From Thermodesulfobacteriota bacterium (lineage in GTDB: Bacteria; Desulfobacterota; Desulfobacteria; Desulfobacterales; JACKCP01): DNA of 64,000 bases. The notes under the pieces are model-generated. The model saw only the letters and a list, made by a program, of their open reading frames with translations, had not been told where the DNA came from and ran no database searches. The stretch spans positions 645 to 64,644 of the forward strand of contig JBNJDM010000002.1 of NCBI GenBank assembly GCA_051744925.1, written 5' to 3'. Numbering within the stretch: the stretch's first letter is position 1; each line of letters begins with the position of its first letter. Both the position numbers and the translations under genes were made by a program. Positions 19,240 to 30,244 of this stretch are shown piece after piece.

Positions 19240-19914
19240 ATGATTACAAGAGATCAGTACCTTGAAAAACTTATGGAAGAACCAAAGCCGAAGTGTAAAT
19301 ACTGCGGCAGTGAAATGGATATATGGGAAGTACCACCTGTAAATTTCAGCGACGGCCTCGGCTGGGGCGAACCTTTTCTGTTTGTATGCTTCAATGATGA
19401 ATGCCCGCCTTTTAAAGGCGGATGGGAAGATATTGAAGAAAACTACGGACATCACGCCAGTTACAGATGCCTGAATTTCCCTTTTACGGATAATTTTGAA
19501 CTTATGCCTGTTTTTGGGCATCAGGGCGGAGAAGGACAGATTGTAACCGAAGAGTCTGTTTCAGAGCAGGAAAAAATACAGGAAAGAATCAAAACAGGGT
19601 TTTCCATTCTTGCAGACTGTTATGTAAACAAAGACTTTATAAAAATGGTTACTATGAGTCAGGACAGCTCCGAGCCTACAAGAGTAAGACTTAAGGCTGT
19701 TGAGATGATTGGTGACTCTGCTGATATTACCGAAGTCATTGAACCTCTCCAGAGCATCAAGCCGCCTACTCCAAAGCTTGCTGAAGCTATTGAAGTATCC
19801 GTGGAACAAGTGCATAAGAGATGCTTTACAAGAGAGTGTCCTTTTTGTGCAGAAATAATAAAGAGAAGAGCTAAAGTATGCAAACACTGTAATAATGAAG
19901 TTGCAGGATTGTAA
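19240..19914 (+). CDS. Hypothetical protein with N- and C-terminal zinc-ribbon-like CxxC pairs
   Basis: 224 aa. KCKYCGSEM...VCFNDECPPF at the N-terminus and ECPFCAEIIKRRAKVCKHCNN at the C-terminus. AAAGGAG RBS at 19225-19231. Confidence 0.6.
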   Translation: MITRDQYLEKLMEEPKPKCKYCGSEMDIWEVPPVNFSDGLGWGEPFLFVCFNDECPPFKGGWEDIEENYGHHASYRCLNFPFTDNFELMPVFGHQGGEGQIVTEESVSEQEKIQERIKTGFSILADCYVNKDFIKMVTMSQDSSEPTRVRLKAVEMIGDSADITEVIEPLQSIKPPTPKLAEAIEVSVEQVHKRCFTRECPFCAEIIKRRAKVCKHCNNEVAGL

Positions 19915-19922
19915 CAAACCAA

Positions 19923-19948
19923 GGGGATTTTTATAATCCCCTTTTTTA
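19923..19948 (+). terminator. Rho-independent terminator
   Basis: GGGGATT (19923-19929), 5-nt loop, AATCCCC (19935-19941), then TTTTTT. Confidence 0.75.
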
Positions 19949-20016
19949 ACAATCACCATGTTCTGCTTGCAATTTTTTAACTTTATAAATCAGAAAAGCT
20001 AACACTTACAAAAACA

Positions 20017-20526
20017 CTACCTGTTAACATTCATTGTAATATATGTCTTAAAAATCATTTTCTGGCGCTCGAGCCTGTCAGACGGGAACTCCACAGACTT
20101 ATTTTCTTCAAGAAAAGCTTCTAAATCTTTTTTTGACGGAATATTTTCAATACCTGTATTAATTCTTTTTCCTGTAACAGTATCAAATATTTCAGCATTT
20201 TTACCGTCACTTACTATTGAAAAAGGTATTTGATAAGATGTCAAAAATATTCTTGCTCCTGCAACAATCTCTTTTTCCCATGATGAAATTGATCCTGCAG
20301 GAGTTTTTAAAGCTGCTGCAAAAATGCCGTTAACTTTGATTAGAAGATCAAGACTTGCTTTAAAAACTTCTCCTTCGACTTCAAAATCAAAGCCTGAATC
20401 AACTTCTATATCATTTTTTGAAAAACCTTTTTCCTGCACAAGAAACTTTTCAACAGCCTGTCTGTTTTCTTCGGAACCTGTAAGAGGAATCTCTTTTCCT
20501 GTTATATAATCATTAATATATTCCAT
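20017..20526 (-). CDS. HsdR_N-like (type I restriction enzyme R N-terminal domain family) small protein, paralog A
   Basis: 169 aa. Colinear similarity to the 41318-41884 product (DYITGKEIPLTGSEENRQAVEKFLVQEKGF vs DFLTGSDIEDNHDERYRQKIARILINEKGY). Family assignment is from memory of the HSDR_N_2-type architecture. Confidence 0.5.
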   Translation of the reverse strand: MEYINDYITGKEIPLTGSEENRQAVEKFLVQEKGFSKNDIEVDSGFDFEVEGEVFKASLDLLIKVNGIFAAALKTPAGSISSWEKEIVAGARIFLTSYQIPFSIVSDGKNAEIFDTVTGKRINTGIENIPSKKDLEAFLEENKSVEFPSDRLERQKMIFKTYITMNVNR

Positions 20527-20551
20527 AAAACTATACCTTAATAAATATTGT

Positions 20552-22078
20552 TTATACCAGACTTTCGCCTGTCATTTCAGCAGGGATTTCAACTCCCATA
20601 AGCTTCAGGATTGTAGGCCCGATATCTCCGAGTTTGCCTTTTGATTTAAGTTTATTATTTTTTATATCATCTACAAGAATAAGATTTACCGGATTTGTTG
20701 TATGTGCTGTATATGGATTTTTATTTTCATCTTTCATTTTTTCCGAATTACCGTGATCAGCTGTTATTATGACAAACCCATTTTTTCCAAGAACAGCATC
20801 AATAACCGGCTTTATGTTTTTATCTACAGCTTCGCATGCTTTTACTGCTGCTTCAAAAACCCCTGTATGACCGACCATGTCCATATTTGCATAATTAAGT
20901 ACGCAAAAATCGATTTCTTTTTGGCTATAAGCTTCAAGAAATTTTGTGCATACTTCATCAGCACTCATTTCAGGTAAAAGATCGTATGTTTCAACCTCTC
21001 TTGGAGATGGGACAAGAATTCTTTGCTCTCCTTTTAAAGGTTCTTCAGATCCTCCGTTAAAAAAATATGTCACATGTGCATATTTTTCAGTCTCTGCAAT
21101 CCTCAGCTGGGAAATCCCCTGTGCTGAAACAGTTTCACCGAGATTATTTTTAAGCTTAACAGGAGGAAAAGCCACATCAAGTCCAAAACCTGCATCATAG
21201 GTAGTCATGCAGACATAGCCTGAAAGATTTATTTTTCTTTGTCTTTGGAAATGATCAAAATCTTTTGCTGTAAAGGCCTCGGTTATCTCCCTTGCCCTGT
21301 CTGCACGGAAATTAAAAAAAATTATTCCGTCATTATCTGAAACCGGAGAAAAACTCTTATTTATGAGTGAAGGCTCAATAAATTCATCTGTAATTTTATT
21401 TTCATAAAAATATTTTACAGCTTCGCAGGGATCATCAAATTTTTTGCCATGCCCTTTTGTGTAAAGATTGTATGCCTTTTCAACCCTGTCCCATCTTTTA
21501 TCTCTGTCCATGGCATAAAACCTGCCGCACAAACTTCCTATGGAAACATTGTCAAGCTCTTTTATTTTATCCTCAAGATCGGCTACATACTTTTCACCGC
21601 TTTGGGGAGGAGTATCTCTTCCGTCGAGTATCGGGTGAATTATAATTTGTGCATTTTTTTCAATCCCCATTCCAATCAGGGCATCAAGATGTTTTAAACT
21701 GCTGTGTACGCACCCGTCGGACAAAAGACCTGTAATATGAATTTTGCCTTTGTTTTTTATTGTATTGTCAAAAAGTTTGTTTAACTTATCATTTTTAAAA
21801 AAACTTTTATCTTCGATCGACTTGTCTATTCTTAGAAGATCCTGGTAAACTATTCTTCCTGCACCGATATTCAGATGACCAACCTCGGAATTTCCCATAA
21901 CACCTTCAGGAAGTCCTGCAGCCGTTCCTGAGCATTCAAGCTCTGCTGTTTGATAGTTTTTCAAATAATAATCAAGATGCGGAGTATCAGCAGCTATTAC
22001 AGCATCTGTTTCCGGGTCACCGTTTCCTATTCCCCATCCGTCAAGAATCATCAGTAGACAAGGTCTAGTATTCCTCAT
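20552..22078 (-). CDS. gpmI: 2,3-bisphosphoglycerate-independent phosphoglycerate mutase
   Basis: LMILDGWG, NSEVGHLNIGAGR and ITADHGN motifs. The ORF extends to 22120, but M15 (22078) matches the usual N-terminus. Confidence 0.92.
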   Translation of the reverse strand: MRNTRPCLLMILDGWGIGNGDPETDAVIAADTPHLDYYLKNYQTAELECSGTAAGLPEGVMGNSEVGHLNIGAGRIVYQDLLRIDKSIEDKSFFKNDKLNKLFDNTIKNKGKIHITGLLSDGCVHSSLKHLDALIGMGIEKNAQIIIHPILDGRDTPPQSGEKYVADLEDKIKELDNVSIGSLCGRFYAMDRDKRWDRVEKAYNLYTKGHGKKFDDPCEAVKYFYENKITDEFIEPSLINKSFSPVSDNDGIIFFNFRADRAREITEAFTAKDFDHFQRQRKINLSGYVCMTTYDAGFGLDVAFPPVKLKNNLGETVSAQGISQLRIAETEKYAHVTYFFNGGSEEPLKGEQRILVPSPREVETYDLLPEMSADEVCTKFLEAYSQKEIDFCVLNYANMDMVGHTGVFEAAVKACEAVDKNIKPVIDAVLGKNGFVIITADHGNSEKMKDENKNPYTAHTTNPVNLILVDDIKNNKLKSKGKLGDIGPTILKLMGVEIPAEMTGESLV

Positions 22079-22496
22079 AAACGTCCTCTCCTTCAGACCA
22101 TAAATCATCATCTTCTTCATAATCTATTTGAGAACTTCTTTTCTCTATAAAATCTGTGCATATTTTTTCTGCATCCATCCATAAGCCCTCGAGATCATAA
22201 AATCTTCTTGTAGGTTCATAAAAAAGATGGATAATAACATCTCCGTAATCAAGAAGCACCCAGTCACCTTCTTTTTCACCTACAACACTTAGAAATTTTT
22301 TCCCTTTTTTGGAAAGCTGTCTTCTCACATACTCAGCTATTGCTCTGACCTGTCTTGTTGAACGTCCGCTTCCTATTATAAATACGTCTGCAACAGAAGT
22401 AAGTTTACTTACATCAAGTGCTGTTACAGCTTCTGTTTTTTTTTCAAGTACTGTTTCAATAAACGGCAAAGCTGATTCAGCTATTTCTCTGCTCAT
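22065..22496 (-). CDS. rsfS: Ribosome silencing factor RsfS
   Basis: 143 aa. DVFIIGSGRSTRQVRAIA and DWVLLDYGDVIIHLF, with an acidic C-terminal tail. Confidence 0.88.
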   Translation of the reverse strand: MSREIAESALPFIETVLEKKTEAVTALDVSKLTSVADVFIIGSGRSTRQVRAIAEYVRRQLSKKGKKFLSVVGEKEGDWVLLDYGDVIIHLFYEPTRRFYDLEGLWMDAEKICTDFIEKRSSQIDYEEDDDLWSEGEDVYEEY

Positions 22497-23134
22497 TTGT
22501 AAAGCCCTTTTTTTTCAATGTAGTCAGCCACTTTCTCATCTACCAATGAGTTTATACTTTTATTATTTTTTATAAACTCCCTTATGGAGGTTGACGAAAT
22601 ATCTTTTCCGTCTACCTCAATAAAACTGATATCCTTGTACTCAGGGTGTCCGAAAATATTATTCTCTTTTAAAAAATATCCCTGGTTTTCAAGATTTTTT
22701 CTGTTTATTTCAAATCCGGGCCTGTACACAACAGCCAGATTTGCGGTTTTTTTTATATCTTTGTATCTGTACCACTTATGAAACGAGTAAAAAGAATCTG
22801 ATCCCATTATAAAATAAAGCTCGCCGGATTCTTTTTTATTAAGCTCTTCAAGAGTATCTATTGTGTATGAGCTCCCTTTTCTGACAATTTCAATATCTGA
22901 AACAGAAAAACTCTGATAACCTTCAAGAGCCTTTTCAAGCATTCTGATTCTGTGCTCAGAAGAAACAGGATCTTTAAAATCTTTATGCGGAGGAAGATAA
23001 ACAGGAATAAAAACAATTTCATCCAGACAAAGCTGTTTAAGCGTTGCTTCTGCTGCATGAATATGCCCAATATGAACCGGGTTAAATGTTCCTCCGAAAA
23101 TCCCTTTTTTAAAACTATTCCCTGATCTGTCCAT
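22493..23134 (-). CDS. nadD: Nicotinate-nucleotide adenylyltransferase
   Basis: GIFGGTFNPVHIGH and ISSTSIR motifs. The ORF extends to 23194; Met at 23134 is the more likely start. Confidence 0.88.
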   Translation of the reverse strand: MDRSGNSFKKGIFGGTFNPVHIGHIHAAEATLKQLCLDEIVFIPVYLPPHKDFKDPVSSEHRIRMLEKALEGYQSFSVSDIEIVRKGSSYTIDTLEELNKKESGELYFIMGSDSFYSFHKWYRYKDIKKTANLAVVYRPGFEINRKNLENQGYFLKENNIFGHPEYKDISFIEVDGKDISSTSIREFIKNNKSINSLVDEKVADYIEKKGLYK

Positions 23135-24365
23135 CACCGAAAACAATAAACTTTCTTGATGTAAGCTCTTCAATTCCCATGGGACCGTAAGCATGAAGCT
23201 TATCTGTGCTTATTCCGATTTCAGCCCCAAGGCCGAGCTGGTTACCGTCATTAAATCTTGTTGAAGCATTAACCAAAACAGCAGAAGCATCTATTTCTCT
23301 TAAAAACCTTCTTGCCCTTGCATAATCCTTTGTAATAACCGACTCTGTATGTCCTGAGTTGTATTTATGAATATGATTTTTTGCATCTTCAAAAGAATCA
23401 ACTACTTTTACTGCAAGTATAAGATCAAGAAACTCCTCACCCCAGTCCGAATCTTGAGCCGGAACAGCAAAAGGGAGAATTTTACATGTTTTTTCACAGC
23501 CCCTGATCTCAACACCTGCTTTTTTTAGTTTTGCTGCTGCAACAGGAAGAAATTCTTCACATATATCTTTGTGCACAAGAAGAGTCTCCATTGCATTGCA
23601 GACTCCGGGTCTGTGAACCTTTGAATTAAAAGCAATTTCTGCGCCTGTTTGAATATCTGCATATTTATCTGCATATACATGGCATACGCCTTTGTAATGC
23701 TTTAAAACCGGTATATTGGAGTTTTCTGTAACAAACCTTATAAGCCCTTCGCCGCCCCTTGGAATAAGAAGATCTATAAGCCCTTCCTGTTTTAAGAGGT
23801 AGTTTACAGCCTCTCTGTCTGTTACAGGAATTATCTGAACTGCATTTTTTTCTATACCTGCGCTTTCAAGCCCTTCCTGAACAGCTGCAGCAAGTGCTTT
23901 ATTTGAATTAAACGCTTCTGCTCCGCCCCTTAAAATAACAGCATTTCCTGCTTTAAGACACAAAACAGCAGCATCAATTGTTACATTAGGCCTTGACTCA
24001 TAAATCATTGAGATTACACCAAGGGGGATTCTCATCCTTCCGACTTCAAGACCGTTTGGTCTTTTTTTAAAAGAATCAATACTTCCCACAGGATCAGAAA
24101 GATCAATAACCTCACCTATTCCGGAAATCATCGAATTCATAACTTTATCACTTAAAGTCAGCCTGTCTATAATAGCATCGGAAAGACCTTTTTGTTTTCC
24201 TGCTTTTACATCTTTTTCATTTTCCTGCTGTATTTGTTTATAATTTTTTTCAAGACTTTTTCTGATGGATTCCAGTGCTGAATTTTTTTCATCAGAAGAA
24301 AGGAGTGCTGTTTTTTCAGAAGCTTTTTTTGCTTTTAATGCTATCTCTCTGATAAGATTTTCCAT
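23115..24365 (-). CDS. proA: Gamma-glutamyl phosphate reductase
   Basis: 416 aa. Aldehyde dehydrogenase-like fold; the VCNAMETLLVH catalytic cysteine region and GHTESVIT are typical of ProA. Confidence 0.92.
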   Translation of the reverse strand: MENLIREIALKAKKASEKTALLSSDEKNSALESIRKSLEKNYKQIQQENEKDVKAGKQKGLSDAIIDRLTLSDKVMNSMISGIGEVIDLSDPVGSIDSFKKRPNGLEVGRMRIPLGVISMIYESRPNVTIDAAVLCLKAGNAVILRGGAEAFNSNKALAAAVQEGLESAGIEKNAVQIIPVTDREAVNYLLKQEGLIDLLIPRGGEGLIRFVTENSNIPVLKHYKGVCHVYADKYADIQTGAEIAFNSKVHRPGVCNAMETLLVHKDICEEFLPVAAAKLKKAGVEIRGCEKTCKILPFAVPAQDSDWGEEFLDLILAVKVVDSFEDAKNHIHKYNSGHTESVITKDYARARRFLREIDASAVLVNASTRFNDGNQLGLGAEIGISTDKLHAYGPMGIEELTSRKFIVFGDGQIRE

Positions 24366-24439
24366 ATTTTACCCCACAAATTTTATAGGCAGATTTTCAT
24401 TCAGGCCAGACAGAAACTTACAGTTAAACAGATCTGAAA

Positions 24440-26818
<2,379 letters not shown>

Positions 26819-26842
26819 TTTTCACCTCTTGCATTTAAGAAA

Positions 26843-27154
26843 TTATGCTTCAATCTGCTTAATTTTGATTGCTGTAAAATGCTGCTTATGTCCCTGTTTT
26901 TTTCTGTAGCCTTTTCTTCTTTTATACTTGAAAATAACTACTTTTTTCAGTCTGCCCTGTTCAACGATCTCTGCTTTAACTGCAGCTCCGTCGACTTTTG
27001 GCTGGCCGATATTGACATTTTCACCATCTGAATACAAAAGAACGTCGTTTAGAACAACTTCTTCGCCAACTTCTCCGGAGAGTTTCTCTACTTTAAGAAC
27101 TTCTCCCTCTTCTACTCTGTATTGTTTTCCGCCGGTTGCCACCACTGCATACAT
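26843..27154 (-). CDS. rplU: 50S ribosomal protein L21
   Basis: 103 aa, [17 protein letters not shown]. Confidence 0.96.
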   Translation of the reverse strand: MYAVVATGGKQYRVEEGEVLKVEKLSGEVGEEVVLNDVLLYSDGENVNIGQPKVDGAAVKAEIVEQGRLKKVVIFKYKRRKGYRKKQGHKQHFTAIKIKQIEA

Positions 27155-27203
27155 GGTATTTCTCCTTTATACAAATAAATCTGTAGTCTTTACAAAATCA
27201 TAT

Positions 27204-27231
27204 ATTTTACATTCAAAACTACAATTGTCAA
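27204..27231 (-). promoter_or_regulatory. Candidate sigma70 promoter of the rplU-rpmA-obg operon
   Basis: Minus strand TTGACA (27231-27226), 16 nt, TAAAAT (27209-27204) preceded by TG. Begins 2 nt after the stop of the upstream membrane-protein gene. Confidence 0.45.
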
Positions 27232-27232
27232 G

Positions 27233-28012
27233 TCAATTATCTTCATTATCATTAATTCCGGGAAGATAGATTTCTTCATCCCCGTTTTTGCCTTTTTTTT
27301 CTTTTTTAGTATGTGCTGAAAATATTATTTTACCATCTTTTTCAACTACATTCTCACTGTCAACCCAGGCAACTCCTGTTCTGCTTGCAATTTTGAGCCT
27401 GTAATCATGCTCCATCTCCTTTTTTCTTAACTTATACTGAAAAATAAGTCTCAAAACTCCAAGAATTGTAAGCCCGCCTATTATCCCCAGAATCATAAAC
27501 TTTAAAACATCTGCAAACCCTTTTCCTGCATTTGATACTGCCTGTGCTATAAGTTCAAAATCATAAAATAAAACTGCACAAAGCCCTACTGCAAGAAGAA
27601 AAGTCAGAAATGGCACATGAAAAACAAAATTCATGAACTTTCTGAGCTTTGTTTCTCTTTCTTTTTTCAGCCCCTTATCTGAACCGGTCTTTTTATCAAA
27701 AAAAAGACTTTCAAAAGCAATGATAAAAATTCCGAACAAAAAAGTTATGCCTACCGGAACAAGAAAAGCAGTTAAAAAATAATTTTTCCAGGGAAATGAT
27801 TTATCTACCACGCCAAATCGATCATAACCTACAGCTCCGATCTGATAAAGCCACGAAACCATGAAAATAATTATTTCAATTATAAAAATTAAAAATAAAT
27901 ATTTTTTAAATAATGACTTTAACTCCCTGCCTGAAAAAAGGGAAAAAAGACCTTTTTGCTTTTCTTTACCTGTATGATTTTTATTTTGCTCAATCATTAT
28001 TTTTCTTTTCAA
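27233..28012 (-). CDS. Hypothetical integral membrane protein (about 4 TM helices, K/E-rich tail)
   Basis: 259 aa. Hydrophobic segments LFLIFIIEIIIFMVSWLY, FLTAFLVPVGITFLFGIFIIAF, FHVPFLTFLLAVGLCAVLFY and MILGIIGGLTILGVL. 23-nt overlap with the upstream FGE-domain gene. Confidence 0.6.
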   Translation of the reverse strand: MKRKIMIEQNKNHTGKEKQKGLFSLFSGRELKSLFKKYLFLIFIIEIIIFMVSWLYQIGAVGYDRFGVVDKSFPWKNYFLTAFLVPVGITFLFGIFIIAFESLFFDKKTGSDKGLKKERETKLRKFMNFVFHVPFLTFLLAVGLCAVLFYDFELIAQAVSNAGKGFADVLKFMILGIIGGLTILGVLRLIFQYKLRKKEMEHDYRLKIASRTGVAWVDSENVVEKDGKIIFSAHTKKEKKGKNGDEEIYLPGINDNEDN

Positions 28013-28949
28013 TCATTACAAGCCTGAAGCCGAGATCATAGCTGCTTTTCTCCGGAGACAGAACAAAATCTCTGCCTGAAAATCTCAAATATTCAGGTTT
28101 ACTGTAAAAGCTACCGCCTCTTATCACAACTTTTGTTTTGTTTCCATAAATTCTCTTGTTTTTTTTTCTTACTTTTGAGAAATACCTGGAATCACACCAT
28201 TCCCATACATTTCCCAGCATATCATAAAGCCCTTTTTTATCGGAACTGAATTCACCTGCCGGTGAAGTATAAACAAAACCGTCTCTGCAGTCAGAAATTT
28301 TCCAGCCGCTGAATTTTTCCCTTGCAGTAATATCTGCTCCGTTTGCATAATCACAGATACCGGTTACGTCTTCCCGGGAATATACATCTCCGGACTCTGC
28401 GACCTTTGCTGCATACTCCCACTGATTCTCTGAAGGAAGTCTGAATTTATAATTTTCATATTTTGAGCTTAGCCATTTTGCAAATTCATATGCATCATAA
28501 AAAGATACATGAACTACAGGATGATTTTCACCCTGGTCAAAACCGGGATTTTTCCATGTAAGCTCTTTTTTTTCCCAATTACCCGTAAGATCGGAGTAAA
28601 TAAGGGAGAAACCTTTTTTTTCAGCTGTTGTAACCCAGCCTGTTTCTTTTATAAATTTTGAAAAATCTTTTTTTCTTACTTCTGTTGCTGAAATTGCAAA
28701 GTCTTCTACTAAAATATTTTCTGAAGAATCTTTTCGGGAAAAACAGCCGTTTCTTATTTTAACAAAATTAATACCTGTTTCTTTTTCCCTGAAATAATCT
28801 TTCTCAAATCCTGCTTCAACTGCCGGAGTACAAGATTTTGCTTCTTTATCAGTGACTATTTTATAAGTTAATCTGCTGTATACTAAAATAATCAAAATTA
28901 TAAGAACTGCAGCAGAAATATACTTTTTTTTATTTTTTATATATCTCAT
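27990..28949 (-). CDS. Membrane-anchored formylglycine-generating enzyme (FGE/SUMF1) domain protein
   Basis: 319 aa. N-terminal anchor ISAAVLIILIILVY; HPVVHVSFYDAYEFAKWLS, GNVWEWCDS and RGGSF motifs of the FGE-sulfatase domain. Confidence 0.8.
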   Translation of the reverse strand: MRYIKNKKKYISAAVLIILIILVYSRLTYKIVTDKEAKSCTPAVEAGFEKDYFREKETGINFVKIRNGCFSRKDSSENILVEDFAISATEVRKKDFSKFIKETGWVTTAEKKGFSLIYSDLTGNWEKKELTWKNPGFDQGENHPVVHVSFYDAYEFAKWLSSKYENYKFRLPSENQWEYAAKVAESGDVYSREDVTGICDYANGADITAREKFSGWKISDCRDGFVYTSPAGEFSSDKKGLYDMLGNVWEWCDSRYFSKVRKKNKRIYGNKTKVVIRGGSFYSKPEYLRFSGRDFVLSPEKSSYDLGFRLVMIEKKNND

Positions 28950-28952
28950 TTT

Positions 28953-28986
28953 TCCAAAAAATAAGGCCGGAGATGACTCCGGCCTT
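28953..28986 (-). terminator. Strong rho-independent terminator after qmoC
   Basis: Minus strand AAGGCCGGAG-TCAT-CTCCGGCCTT (28986-28963), followed by ATTTTTTGG. The next ATG (28949) lies 6 nt after the T-tract. Confidence 0.8.
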
Positions 28987-29010
28987 AAAAAAATAATATT
29001 TTATGTTTAT

Positions 29011-30195
29011 TTATTTTCTTTCAGCATATTCTGAATAAGCCATGGCAACTGTTCTGTAAACAATATGAGCCATTTTTGAATAAGGAAGATATGCAAAAAG
29101 ATGAAACACAGCTACAAGATGAATAAAATAGAAACTGTAGCAGAAAAATGCTGATTCTGCCAGACGTGCCATCTGAGTAAGCATACCAGTACCGCCGATT
29201 GTAAGAACTAGACCTAAAAGATACCAGTCTTTATAAGAACTTACCTGATCTTCTTTTTTATCAAGTCTTTGCTTTACCATTAAACCACCACCGATAAGAA
29301 GGGCTACACCTGAAACATTTGCAAGCCACTTTATCGGGTTAAGCTGACTGTAAGGAGTTGCTTCATGAAGAAAATATACTCCTACAAAAACAACCGATGT
29401 TACTATAAACAACCCTATAAAAGAGAAAAGAACCATCATATGAGCAGTTGAACGCTCTTTGTTCTCTCCGCATTCAGTAAACTGCTTGTGCTTTGCAATC
29501 TTTGGAACAACTCTTTTAAGAGCAAGAAGAAACTCTTTTACATCAACTTTATCTTTGGATGTCTTGCCTTCTGCAAGAGCATTCTGATGCATATCAGCAA
29601 TAAAGTTCTTCAGTCCCATAGCAAACACAGCAACAACAAATATTGCCAGCGGAACAAAAACAAGATCCACAAACCAGCTGGATATAAAATTTGAAGCAGC
29701 TATAACATCAAGAGGGTTGCCGTCATGGGTATGATACCAGAGCTCTCCTCCAAAAATTCCTGCCATAAATTCACCACCAAACATTGTTACAAGAGCAAGC
29801 ACTGCAAAAATAACTACCGGTACTGCTGTAAGCGGCCAGAATTTTTTAGGATCATTTACCATCTTACCGAGTGCTTTTGGCTTTGCATACTCTGTAATAG
29901 CTTTTGCACGAAGTGCGGAAAGAACATCACCCGGTTTTGCACCTCTGGGGCACAGTGTTGAGCAATCTCCGCAATTATGACAAAGCCATATATCACCATT
30001 GCCTATAAGCTTGTCTTTAAGACCCCAGGAAGCAGCAATCATCTCTTTTCTGGGGAATGGTTTATTTTCAGGTGCAATCGGACATGCAACAGAGCATGTT
30101 GCACACTGAAAACACTTTTTCAGGCTTTCGCCCCCAAGCCCAACCACATCATCTATAAACTGCAGATCAGGCTCCACCATATATTTTTCAGTCAT
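29011..30195 (-). CDS. qmoC: Quinone-interacting membrane-bound oxidoreductase subunit QmoC
   Basis: 394 aa. Two ferredoxin-type motifs, CFQCATCSVACP and CHNCGDCSTLCP, followed by a multi-TM HdrE/NarI-like domain. Position after qmoB. Confidence 0.9.
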   Translation of the reverse strand: MTEKYMVEPDLQFIDDVVGLGGESLKKCFQCATCSVACPIAPENKPFPRKEMIAASWGLKDKLIGNGDIWLCHNCGDCSTLCPRGAKPGDVLSALRAKAITEYAKPKALGKMVNDPKKFWPLTAVPVVIFAVLALVTMFGGEFMAGIFGGELWYHTHDGNPLDVIAASNFISSWFVDLVFVPLAIFVVAVFAMGLKNFIADMHQNALAEGKTSKDKVDVKEFLLALKRVVPKIAKHKQFTECGENKERSTAHMMVLFSFIGLFIVTSVVFVGVYFLHEATPYSQLNPIKWLANVSGVALLIGGGLMVKQRLDKKEDQVSSYKDWYLLGLVLTIGGTGMLTQMARLAESAFFCYSFYFIHLVAVFHLFAYLPYSKMAHIVYRTVAMAYSEYAERK

Positions 30196-30244
30196 TTTCT
30201 AACCTCCTTAGAAAATTTAATTACAACAGCAAAAACAATCCGAA

